A stretch of 64,000 bases of DNA from an uncultured Alphaproteobacteria bacterium (GTDB lineage: Bacteria; Pseudomonadota; Alphaproteobacteria; Geminicoccales; Geminicoccaceae), in NCBI GenBank assembly GCA_963753685.1, contig CAVWDE010000010.1:135448-199447 (forward strand), given 5' to 3'. This document shows positions 50,167 to 58,103 of this stretch, in pieces. The position numbers and the translations under genes were made by a program. Numbering within the stretch: position 1 is the first letter of the stretch; every line of letters begins with the position of its first letter. Below the pieces are notes generated by a model. The model was not told the DNA's origin. It did not search any database and was given only the letters and a program-made list of their open reading frames with translations.

Positions 50167-52005
50167 ATGACGTCGCGTCCCGAACTCCCCGAGCCCCCTC
50201 CGGCGCATGCCGAAACTGCGAACGCTCCGGCCGCGATCGGTGCCGACGATCCACCCGCGATCACCCTGCTCGACCCGGACGAGCCGGCGCCGGTGATCGT
50301 CGAGCGGGCTGACAGCCGGTCGCCCTTCGTCTTCGTCGCCGATCACGCCGGCCGGCGCCTGCCCCGACGCCTCGGCGATCTCGGCCTGAGCGCCGGCGAG
50401 CTCGAGCGCCACATCGCCTACGACATCGGCATCCTGCCGGTCGCCCAGGCCCTCGCCGCGGCGTTCGATGCGCCGTTCGTCGCCCAGACCTACTCGCGCC
50501 TGGTGGTCGACTGCAACCGGCCGACCCACGTCGCGCAGTCGATCCCCGAGGTCAGCGAGCTGACCGAGATCCCCGGCAATCGGAACATTTCCGAGCGCGC
50601 CCGGCAGGCCCGCATCGAGGCCCTGTTCCGGCCCTATCACGGCACGATCGAGACACTGCTCGAGGCGCGCGCGGCGGCCGGCCAGCGGACCGTACTCGTG
50701 GCCATGCACAGCTTCACGCCGGTCTATATGGACGTCGCGCGGCCTTGGGTGATCGGCCTCTTGTACAATCGCGATGCCCGCCTTGCCCGGCCGCTGCTCG
50801 AGCTCTTGAACCAGGACAGCGCGCCTTACGTCGGCGACCGGCTGCCCTACGCGGTCCAGGACGAGAGCGACTATAGCCTGCCGGTGCACGGCGAGCGCCG
50901 CGGCCTGCCGCACGTCGGGATCGAGATCCGCCAGGACCTGATCGCCGACGCGCGAGGCCAGGCAGCCTGGGGCGTGTGGCTCGAGGTCAAGCTCCGGCAG
51001 GCGCTTCGACCGGCTGCCCGGAGGCTGAGGCCGTGGCGATTCCCCGCCGCCATGCCGGAGCCCCGAGCCATGACCGAGCACGAGCTGGTCGCCTCGCCCA
51101 CCACCTGTCACTGGGGCAGCTTCGATGCGACGCTTGCGCCGGTGCTGACGGTCGCCCCCGGCGACCGGGTGACCCTGCAGAGCGTCTCGGGGCCGCCCTA
51201 CGTCCTGCCGGGCGGCGGCTTCCACGTGCCGCCGGAGTTGTACCAGATCCATCAGGCGCTCCGTCCCGATCCGGGACCGCACATCCTGACCGGCCCGATC
51301 CGGATCGAGGGCGCCAGGCCGGGCGACGTACTCGAGGTGCGGATCCTTAAGGTGCAGCTCCGGCAGGACTGGGGCTACACCCGCATCCGCCCGCTCTGGG
51401 GCACGTTGCCCGAGGATTTCCCCGAGCCGCGGCTGATCCACATCGCCCTCGATGCCGCCCGGATGATCGGCCGGCTGCCCTGGGGCACGGAGTTGCCGCT
51501 GCGCCCCTTCTTCGGCGTCATGGGGGTCGCGCCACCGCCCGCCTGGGGGCGGATCAGCACGACCCAGCCGCGCGCCCATGGCGGCAATCTCGACAACAAG
51601 GAGCTGGTCGCGGGCACCACTCTCTATCTCCCGGTCTGGACCGAGGGCGCCCAATTCTCCGCCGGCGACGGCCATGGCGTGCAGGGCGACGGCGAGGTCT
51701 GCGTGACCGCGATCGAGACCGCGCTCGAGGGCGTCTTCGAGTTCCACCTGCGGCGCGATTTCTGCCTGCGCTTCCCGGCGGCCGAGACGCCCACGGAGCA
51801 CATCACGATGGCCGCCAACGCCGACCTCGACGACGCCGCCAAGGATGCGCTCCGCGACATGATCACCCTGATCCGGCGCCACACCAACCTCGACGCGGCC
51901 GAGGCCTACATGCTCTGCAGCCTGGCCGCCGACGTCCGGATCACCCAGCTGGTCAACGAGCAGAAGGGCTGCCACGTGGTCCTGCCGAAGGCGGCCCTCG
52001 GCTGA
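50167..52005 (+). CDS. Single uninterrupted ORF joining an N-formylglutamate amidohydrolase domain (to about 51010) and an acetamidase/formamidase domain (from ATG 51070)
   Basis: The FGase part is ...FVFVADHAGRRLP...YSRLVVDCNR...VAMHSFTP...PHVGIEIRQDLI.... The FmdA/AmdA part is MTEHELVASPTTCHWGSFDA...HILTGPIRIEGARPGDVLEV...GGNLDNKEL...FSAGDGHGVQGDGEV.... No stop separates them in this sequence. Confidence 0.8.
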   Translation: MTSRPELPEPPPAHAETANAPAAIGADDPPAITLLDPDEPAPVIVERADSRSPFVFVADHAGRRLPRRLGDLGLSAGELERHIAYDIGILPVAQALAAAFDAPFVAQTYSRLVVDCNRPTHVAQSIPEVSELTEIPGNRNISERARQARIEALFRPYHGTIETLLEARAAAGQRTVLVAMHSFTPVYMDVARPWVIGLLYNRDARLARPLLELLNQDSAPYVGDRLPYAVQDESDYSLPVHGERRGLPHVGIEIRQDLIADARGQAAWGVWLEVKLRQALRPAARRLRPWRFPAAMPEPRAMTEHELVASPTTCHWGSFDATLAPVLTVAPGDRVTLQSVSGPPYVLPGGGFHVPPELYQIHQALRPDPGPHILTGPIRIEGARPGDVLEVRILKVQLRQDWGYTRIRPLWGTLPEDFPEPRLIHIALDAARMIGRLPWGTELPLRPFFGVMGVAPPPAWGRISTTQPRAHGGNLDNKELVAGTTLYLPVWTEGAQFSAGDGHGVQGDGEVCVTAIETALEGVFEFHLRRDFCLRFPAAETPTEHITMAANADLDDAAKDALRDMITLIRRHTNLDAAEAYMLCSLAADVRITQLVNEQKGCHVVLPKAALG

Positions 52006-52030
52006 CGCAAATAGCGCCTACGCCGGCGCG

Positions 52031-52263
52031 GACGGAGATCAAGCGCAGACTCCTGACATTCGCGCTTGGTCTTGCCCGGGTTGGCGGGCGGCGGGCGCGT
52101 CCCGCGAAGGTGAAGACTTCGTGGGGCGCGGCTCTCCGCTGACACGAGCGGGCCCGCGCCAGCGCAGACGGATATCGAGCGCAGAAAAGTGCCGACTTTC
52201 GCGCTTGGTCTGCGCGCCTGGACCGACAGGCGGCAGGCGCCCGCGGAGGTGAAGACTTCGCGG
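52031..52263 (+). repeat. Two diverged ~95-bp direct repeats (52031-52124 and 52167-52263)
   Basis: Shared blocks are GACGGA(G/T)ATC(A/G)AGCGCAGA, TTCGCGCTTGGTCT and a terminal hairpin CCGCG(A/G)AG-GTGAAGA-CTTCG(T/C)GG. Identity is about 75-80 percent by eye. They lie in non-coding DNA between convergent genes. Confidence 0.6.
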
Positions 52264-52433
52264 CAACCGAATGAGACAAACGTGCGCCGCGGCTTTGCGC
52301 CTGCGGGCTGGCGGAGACCGAACCGGTCTCGGGGACAGTTCCTGAAGGTCCGCGCGCACGGTATTCGCAAGTCAGGGGTTCGGCTTCAACCTCTCACCAA
52401 CCCTTTGCCGCGAGCCTGGCCATGCTTGAGGAT

Positions 52434-52498
52434 CCATGTGACCCGTGGGAATCCGCTCGCCGCTTGGCCCCGGGCGCAGGATTCCCACGGTCGCATGG
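52434..52498. repeat. Long imperfect inverted repeat (about 20-bp arms, 24-nt loop)
   Basis: CCATGTGACCCGTGGGAATCC (52434-52454) pairs with GGATTCCCACGGTCGCATGG (52479-52498). The 12-bp core CCGTGGGAATCC/GGATTCCCACGG is perfect. Confidence 0.55.
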
Positions 52499-52678
52499 AC
52501 CAGCCGAAGAAAGGGTTAACGCGCAATCGTTAATGATCTCTTAACAAGGCTCGAGATGGAGTCCGGTCCAGGCCGGTCGGATTGACGATCTGCGAAGCCA
52601 GCCTGATGAACGACACTCGCCCCTCAGGTGGTCATGTCAGTCGGCCGGGCCGACGGTGGGGACAGGCCTCTGCCCGGC

Positions 52679-53704
52679 TCAGTAGAGGTGGCAGCGGACC
52701 AGGTGCGGCGCCGCCGCGCTGCCGAGATTGCGCTCGGCCGGCGGCTCGCTCCGGCAGCGGTCGAACGCCTTCGGGCAGCGCGGATGGAACGGGCAGCCGG
52801 GCGGTGGCTGCTCCGGGTTCGGCACGTCGCCCGTGAGCACGATCCGGGTCCGGCGCCGCTCGGGGTCGGGCTGCGGGATCGCCGACAGCAGCGCCTCGGT
52901 ATAGGGGTGGGCGGCGCCCCCGTAGATCCTGGCCGCGGCCCCGAGCTCGACGATCTGGCCGAGGTACATCACGGCAATCCGCTCGCTGATGTAGCGGATC
53001 ACCGCGAGGTCGTGGGAGATGAAGAGGTAGGAGAGGCCGAGCCGGGCGCGCAGCTCGACCAAAAGGTTCAGGATCTGCGACTGGATCGAGACGTCGAGCG
53101 CCGAGACCGGCTCGTCGAGCACCAAGAGCTTGGGATGCAGGGCGATCGCCCGGGCGATGCCGATCCGCTGCCGCTGGCCGCCCGAGAACTCGTGGGGATA
53201 GCGCTGAGCGGCCTCGTCCGGCAGGCCGACCAGCTCGAGCAGCTCGCCCACCCGCTGCGCCCGCTCGCGGCGCCTGCCCTGGCCGTGGATGATCAAAGGC
53301 TCGGCCAGCGCGCTGCCGATCCGGACCCTGGGATCGAGCGCCGCATAGGGGTCCTGGAACACGATCTGCAGGTCGCGCCGGCGGCGGCGCAGCGCGCGCG
53401 CCGAGAGCGCGCCCAGATCCTGGCCCTCGAAGCGCACCCGCCCGCCCGAGGGTTCGATCAGCCGCAGCAGCGTGCGGGCGAGCGTCGACTTGCCGCAGCC
53501 CGACTCGCCGACGATGCCGATCGTCTCGCCGCGCCGCTGGACGAAGCTCACACCGTTCAGCGCCTGCACCCGGCCGCCGCCCTTGAGCGGGAACTCCTTG
53601 GTCAGCGCCTCGACCGCCAGCAGCGGCTCCGGCTCCGTCACGGCGGGAGCCGCGCCGCTCGTGGCGGGAGCCGCGCCGCTCATGGCTGGATACGCTCCGC
53701 TCAT
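52679..53704 (-). CDS. Oligopeptide/dipeptide-type ABC transporter ATP-binding protein (DppF/OppF-like)
   Basis: ATG at 53704 overlaps the upstream stop (ATGA). Walker A is GESGCGKST. Also present: ...[13 protein letters not shown]..., [14 protein letters not shown], and the C-terminal ...[12 protein letters not shown]...[12 protein letters not shown].... Confidence 0.9.
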   Translation of the reverse strand: MSGAYPAMSGAAPATSGAAPAVTEPEPLLAVEALTKEFPLKGGGRVQALNGVSFVQRRGETIGIVGESGCGKSTLARTLLRLIEPSGGRVRFEGQDLGALSARALRRRRRDLQIVFQDPYAALDPRVRIGSALAEPLIIHGQGRRRERAQRVGELLELVGLPDEAAQRYPHEFSGGQRQRIGIARAIALHPKLLVLDEPVSALDVSIQSQILNLLVELRARLGLSYLFISHDLAVIRYISERIAVMYLGQIVELGAAARIYGGAAHPYTEALLSAIPQPDPERRRTRIVLTGDVPNPEQPPPGCPFHPRCPKAFDRCRSEPPAERNLGSAAAPHLVRCHLY

Positions 53705-53725
53705 GGCTGGAGACGCTCCGCTTGG
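53642..53725. repeat. Tandem repeat, 4 x 21 bp, at the ATPase gene junction
   Basis: The units start at 53642, 53663, 53684 and 53705: GGCGGGAGCCGCGCCGCTCGT, GGCGGGAGCCGCGCCGCTCAT, GGCTGGATACGCTCCGCTCAT and GGCTGGAGACGCTCCGCTTGG. On the minus strand they encode the heptad run (P)[27 protein letters not shown]. Confidence 0.85.
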
Positions 53726-54765
53726 GGCAGCGGATGCCAGCAGGCAAAGCCGTGGCCGTCCTGCTCCACGAGCGGCGGGAACTCCCCGGCGCAACGCTCC
53801 TGCGCCCGCGGGCAGCGGCCGACGAACGGGCAGCCCGGCGGCCGCTCCATGGGGCCAGGCACGGCGCCCGGGATGGTCGGCAGCTTGCCAGCACCGCCCT
53901 CGAGCCGCGGCATCGAGGCCAGCAGCCCCTGCGTATAGGGGTGGCGGGGGCTTTGGAACAGGGCGCGCACGTCCGCCCACTCGACCCGCTTGCCGGCGTA
54001 CATCACGACCACCTCGTCGGCATACTCCGCAACCACGCCGAGGTCGTGGGTGATCAAGAGGATCGCCATGCCCAGCTCGTCGCGCAGGCGCAGCAGCAGC
54101 TCCAAAATCTGCGCCTGAATGGTGACGTCGAGCGCGGTCGTCGGCTCATCCGCGATCAAAAGCTTCGGCCGGCAGGCGAGCGCCATCGCGATCATGACCC
54201 GCTGGCGCAGCCCGCCCGAGAGCTCGTGCGGATACTGGGCGAGCCGGCGCGCGGGCGCCCCGATCCCCACCAGGCGGAGCAGGTCCAGCACATGCTCGCG
54301 GGCCTCGGCGCGGCTCGCCGGCCGATGCAGGCGCAGCGCCTCGCCGATCTGGAAGCCGACCGGAAAGGTCGGGTTGAGCGAGGTCATCGGCTCCTGGAAG
54401 ATCATGCCGATCCGGTTGCCGCGCACCGCCCGCATCGCCCGCTCGTCGAGGGTCAGGAGATCCTGTCCCTCGAGCCGGATGCACCCGGCCTCGATGCGCG
54501 CGGGCGGCATCGGCAACAGCCGCATGATCGCCTTGGCCGTGACGCTCTTGCCGCAGCCCGATTCGCCGACCAGCCCGACGATTTTTCCCGACTCGATCGC
54601 GAGCGACAGATCGTCGACCACGCGCGCGACCCCCGCCTCGGTCCGAAACCCGACGCTCAGATGCTCGACCGACAAGAGCGGGGTCGAAGGCGAACGCGCC
54701 TCCCCCGCCGCAGCGCCGCTGCGGGCCGAATGATCCGCGCCCTCACCAGCGATCCGCCCGGTCAT
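53701..54765 (-). CDS. Oligopeptide/dipeptide-type ABC transporter ATP-binding protein (DppD/OppD-like)
   Basis: ATG at 54765. Walker A is GESGCGKSV. Also present: ...[14 protein letters not shown]..., [14 protein letters not shown], and ...[12 protein letters not shown]...[11 protein letters not shown].... Confidence 0.9.
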   Translation of the reverse strand: MTGRIAGEGADHSARSGAAAGEARSPSTPLLSVEHLSVGFRTEAGVARVVDDLSLAIESGKIVGLVGESGCGKSVTAKAIMRLLPMPPARIEAGCIRLEGQDLLTLDERAMRAVRGNRIGMIFQEPMTSLNPTFPVGFQIGEALRLHRPASRAEAREHVLDLLRLVGIGAPARRLAQYPHELSGGLRQRVMIAMALACRPKLLIADEPTTALDVTIQAQILELLLRLRDELGMAILLITHDLGVVAEYADEVVVMYAGKRVEWADVRALFQSPRHPYTQGLLASMPRLEGGAGKLPTIPGAVPGPMERPPGCPFVGRCPRAQERCAGEFPPLVEQDGHGFACWHPLPQAERLQP

Positions 54766-55078
54766 CGTCGCGCTCGATCCGCGATCCACAACTCCTGCTC
54801 CGCGCCCTAAGAAGCGCCAGCATAGCCCACGACGTGCGGACGCCCCAGGCAAGATGCCTGCAGCACCGCCACGCGTCGGTGCGCCCAAGCAGCGCTGCTC
54901 CTCGGGGCGGCGCGATCTGCCGGTCGTGGCGCTGCTGGTGGCCGAAAATAGTCGGAGGCAGGATCTGAACAATCGAGCGCGACAATTGAAACCAAAAACC
55001 TGTCGCGCGACACACGGTTGAAACGTCGGGCTCCTAGCGTGCTTCGCGTCACGCATCTCAAATCAGGAGCAACCGACG

Positions 55079-55375
55079 ATGACGCGCTTTTGGCTTTCGA
55101 CCGCCGTGCTCGCGGCGCCGCTGGCGCTGAGCGCGGCCTTTGCACAGCCTGCGCTCGCAGCCCCGGCCGAGCAACCGGTGCTGATCCGCAATGGCTTCGT
55201 GGTGCCAGCCAAAAAGGTCCTGCAGGTCGACGACATCTCGGTCGTGTGCACCCTCCTGAGCGAGGTCACGACCTCCGATGACGACTTCCACAAGTTCGGG
55301 GTCGAAGCGACAGCGTTCCTCCGGATCACCTACCCGGTCAGTGCCTGTCCGGAGCCCCTCGAATTCGGAGGATGA
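55079..55375 (+). CDS. Small secreted hypothetical protein, possibly the 5' part of a split 55079-55616 gene
   Basis: ATG at 55079 lies 9 nt after AGGAG. Signal peptide MTRFWLSTAVLAAPLALSAAFA. The ORF 55278-55616 in the +1 frame continues with protein-like sequence (...ECPVQDYMIGTVAAHGLQASFVVTDQFGQKRSALLVGAG...). Confidence 0.5.
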   Translation: MTRFWLSTAVLAAPLALSAAFAQPALAAPAEQPVLIRNGFVVPAKKVLQVDDISVVCTLLSEVTTSDDDFHKFGVEATAFLRITYPVSACPEPLEFGG

Positions 55376-55696
55376 GTGCCCGGTCCAGGACTACATGATC
55401 GGCACGGTAGCCGCCCATGGGTTGCAAGCCTCGTTCGTCGTGACGGACCAGTTCGGCCAAAAGAGGAGCGCCTTGTTGGTCGGGGCCGGGCGCGTGATGA
55501 TGAATGTGTTCGCAAGCGCAGGAGCAAAGCTGCTTGGTAACTGTGAGGGCGGTTCTGAGACCAACATCCACGACGCAGAGATCAGCGTCGGCACCGGCCG
55601 ACTGTCAAAGCCTTAGCCGAGGTTGGGGCGGTCCAGTGCGCGGCGCGCGACCGGCCCGCCGCCGCGCGACCTCGAACCCCCTCCGCGCGCAGTTCC

Positions 55697-55776
55697 GAGA
55701 AAAGGTGTCATCAGGAAGTGTCATCAGGGCAAAAGGTGTCAGAAACGCGCCTGACACTGCTCCCGACACCTTTTCC
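55697..55776. repeat. Nested direct and inverted repeats built on a GGTGTCA core
   Basis: The direct repeat GTGTCATCAGG occurs at 55705-55715 and 55718-55728. AAAAGGTGTCAG is at 55731-55742. The inner inverted partner CTGACAC is at 55751-55757. The outer pair is GAAAAGGTGTC (55699-55709) and GACACCTTTTC (55765-55775). Confidence 0.6.
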
Positions 55777-55946
55777 CCCCGCGCGTCCGATCGCCTGCTC
55801 GACCCCGAGAACACCCTCAAGGACGGCCACGGCACCATGACCAACTGGCACTACGTCGACGGCGCCTCGGTCATGCCCAGCGACGAGAAGGTCAAGGCGC
55901 TGCGCCCGGCCAAGTGACCCGTCGCCGCGGGTCGCGCCGCCGCGCA

Positions 55947-57857
55947 CTAGACGGCATCGTAAAGACCTGCCTTCTTGATGCCGGCCTCGAACAGCGGCTG
56001 TGCGGCCGGATGGATTCGGGTTCCGTACTCCCGTGGCGAAAAGGTGGGAGCAGCCTTGCGAAGCTCGGCAACGGCCTTGGCAGCCTCCGCGTCCCGACCG
56101 AGCATAGCCAAGCTCATGGCCAGGAACAATCGTACTTCCGTTGTCTTTGGTGCGCCGGCGAGCGCTTTGGCCGCCTCTTCATAGGCGCCGCCATAGTAGG
56201 CTGCGACACCAAACCCGATCAGATACCACTGTGGGTAGTTCGGGTTCAGGCGGACTGCCTTCCGGGCCAGATCCAGACCCTCTTTGAGGCGTCCCGTATT
56301 CTGTGCACTCGCCCACGCGCATTTAAGAACGAGGTCGGCGTCGTTCGGCGCGATCGCCATTGCCCGATCGTAAGCTTCTGTTGCCGCGGCGAAGTCGCCC
56401 TCCCGCGCCCGAAGGGCACCGAGCTGGTGCAGTCCCCACGGTTCATTTGGGTCGAGCTCGAGAGCGGTATTGATGGCACGCTTCCAGACTGTCACCGTCT
56501 TATCGACGTCAGGCGTCCAGGAATTGATGAGATCGAGCCAATAGGCCACCGCAAGGGTGCCCCAGGCCCGCGCGAACTTTGGGTCGACTTCGACGGCCTT
56601 GTTGAGGAGTTCGATCGCCTTGGCGTTGTCGTCCTTCGTCAGGCGGTGCTTATACTCTACGCCAATGAGGTAGTAGTCGTAGGCCTGCAGGTTGGCAGGG
56701 GGTTTACTCTTGGCAATCGTCAGGTCCGCCTTGGCTATGGCACCTGAATAGCTGGCAAGTGCGCCATCCACCTTCTCTGCCACCTCATCCTGGACTGCAA
56801 AGATATCGGCATCTGCGCGATCATAACGATCTGCCCAAACATTGCCGCCGGTGTCAGCTTCGATAACCTGGGCAGTGACACGAACGCGACCGTTTTCGGC
56901 CTGTATGCTTCCTTCCAGAACGAAGCGGACACCAAGGTCATGACCAACCTGACGGACGTCCACCGGCTGGTTCTTGTACTTGAAGCTCGAGTTGCCGCCG
57001 ATCACGAAAAGGTACGGGCGTCGTGCCAGATCCGTGATGATGTCCTCGGTGATCCCATCGGCCAAGCGATCCCAGCGCGGCTCACCGCCCACGTTGGTAA
57101 ACGGAAGCACTGCAATGGAGGGCTTGTCAGGAAGGGGCAACACGGTCTCGCTGACAGCCGGGGAAACGAGAGCGGTGCGGAAGCCCGTCAGGCGGAACAG
57201 CGCCTCCCCATTGAGAAGTGCATAGCCGACCCCTGCTACGATCACAAAGGACGCTGCGGCTCCAGCTAACGCCCACCGACTGCGCCCCGGCGCCCGCTGC
57301 CTGCGGCGTGGCCGCGAGGCAGTGCCTGCCCTGATCTCAACGGAGTATACGCCAATCGGTTCAGCGATGTTTTTCACTTGGTGCTCACCCATCGAGGTGA
57401 ACGCCAGAGCGAGCTTGCCCTTGACGTGGTTTCTGACCGTACGCGTCACACAGATGCCGCCGGGTTCGGCGAGAGCCTGCAGGCGTGCCGCAATATTGAC
57501 GCCGTCACCGTAGATATCGTCACCCTCTACGATCACATCGCCCAGGTTAATGCCGATGCGGAACTGGATGCGCTCATCGTCGGGCGCGCCGGCGTTGCGC
57601 TCGGCCATGCCCTTCTGGATCGCCACCGCGCAGTCGACGGCGTCGACCACGCTCGAAAACTCCACCAACGCACCGTCGCCCATGAGCTTGACGATGCGAC
57701 CGTGGTGACCGGTGATGGCCGGCTCGATGAACTCTTTGCGATGGGTCTTGAGGCGCGTCAGCGTGCCCGCCTCATCGAGGCTCATGAGACGGCAATAGCC
57801 AACCACATCAGCGGTGAGGACAGCCGCGAGATGGCGCTCAGTCCGAGGCGATGTCAT
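55947..57857 (-). CDS. Class III adenylate/guanylate cyclase with TM segment, TolB-N-like region and C-terminal TPR repeats
   Basis: The N-terminal cyclase domain is ...LAAVLTADVVGYCRLM...GRIVKLMGDGALVEF...FRIGINLGDVIVEGDDIYGDGVNIAARL.... A TM helix follows, then ...SIAVLPFTN...ITEDIITDL..., then TPR-like repeats. Confidence 0.9.
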   Translation of the reverse strand: MTSPRTERHLAAVLTADVVGYCRLMSLDEAGTLTRLKTHRKEFIEPAITGHHGRIVKLMGDGALVEFSSVVDAVDCAVAIQKGMAERNAGAPDDERIQFRIGINLGDVIVEGDDIYGDGVNIAARLQALAEPGGICVTRTVRNHVKGKLALAFTSMGEHQVKNIAEPIGVYSVEIRAGTASRPRRRQRAPGRSRWALAGAAASFVIVAGVGYALLNGEALFRLTGFRTALVSPAVSETVLPLPDKPSIAVLPFTNVGGEPRWDRLADGITEDIITDLARRPYLFVIGGNSSFKYKNQPVDVRQVGHDLGVRFVLEGSIQAENGRVRVTAQVIEADTGGNVWADRYDRADADIFAVQDEVAEKVDGALASYSGAIAKADLTIAKSKPPANLQAYDYYLIGVEYKHRLTKDDNAKAIELLNKAVEVDPKFARAWGTLAVAYWLDLINSWTPDVDKTVTVWKRAINTALELDPNEPWGLHQLGALRAREGDFAAATEAYDRAMAIAPNDADLVLKCAWASAQNTGRLKEGLDLARKAVRLNPNYPQWYLIGFGVAAYYGGAYEEAAKALAGAPKTTEVRLFLAMSLAMLGRDAEAAKAVAELRKAAPTFSPREYGTRIHPAAQPLFEAGIKKAGLYDAV

Positions 57858-58103
57858 GGCGCTACCTCCCCTTCGGCGCGCGCAATACGATGCGGACTTC
57901 TACCACAAGGGTTCGGCAACATCAAAAGCTGATTCGCACGGCGCCGGGAAAACGTTGGAGGGGAAAGATGTCAGGAACGCGTCCGGAACCTCTTGCGGGG
58001 CGGCCCGCTTGGGCGTCGCCTCCTTGGCAATCGTCGCCGTGAAGGCGCTGAACACGTCGTCCGCGATGAGCTGTCATTTTGAGGCGAGGCGGCCGGCTTC
58101 GGA

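Noticed and set aside
9294-51070. Programmed +1 ribosomal frameshifting or transcriptional slippage as an explanation for the uniform polarity of the frame breaks.
   Set aside because: The sites share no common slippery motif. Only one lies in a homopolymer (C4 at 49814-49817). Three occur in one gene, and no known programmed-frameshift gene family is involved.
52031-52263. Assigning the tandem repeats to the AbcR/alpha-r15 sRNA family because of the tandem layout and the ABC transporter neighbourhood.
   Set aside because: I could not find the characteristic anti-Shine-Dalgarno loops in both copies or Rho-independent terminators. The idea stays only as a loose analogy in the finding.
53642-53725. 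The tandem repeats here and at 52031-52263 considered as a possible CRISPR array.
   Set aside because: The 21-bp units are contiguous with no spacers and lie inside coding sequence. The 95-bp repeats occur only twice and are about 20 percent diverged. No cas genes are present in the window.
57858-58103. Small ORFs in the 246-bp gap between the cyclase start and the ABC ATPase stop. One example is ATG 57969 after GGAGGGG, giving a 24-aa product.
   Set aside because: The ORFs are very short, the composition is Arg/Pro-rich, and I recognise no motifs. A Shine-Dalgarno-like string alone is insufficient evidence.
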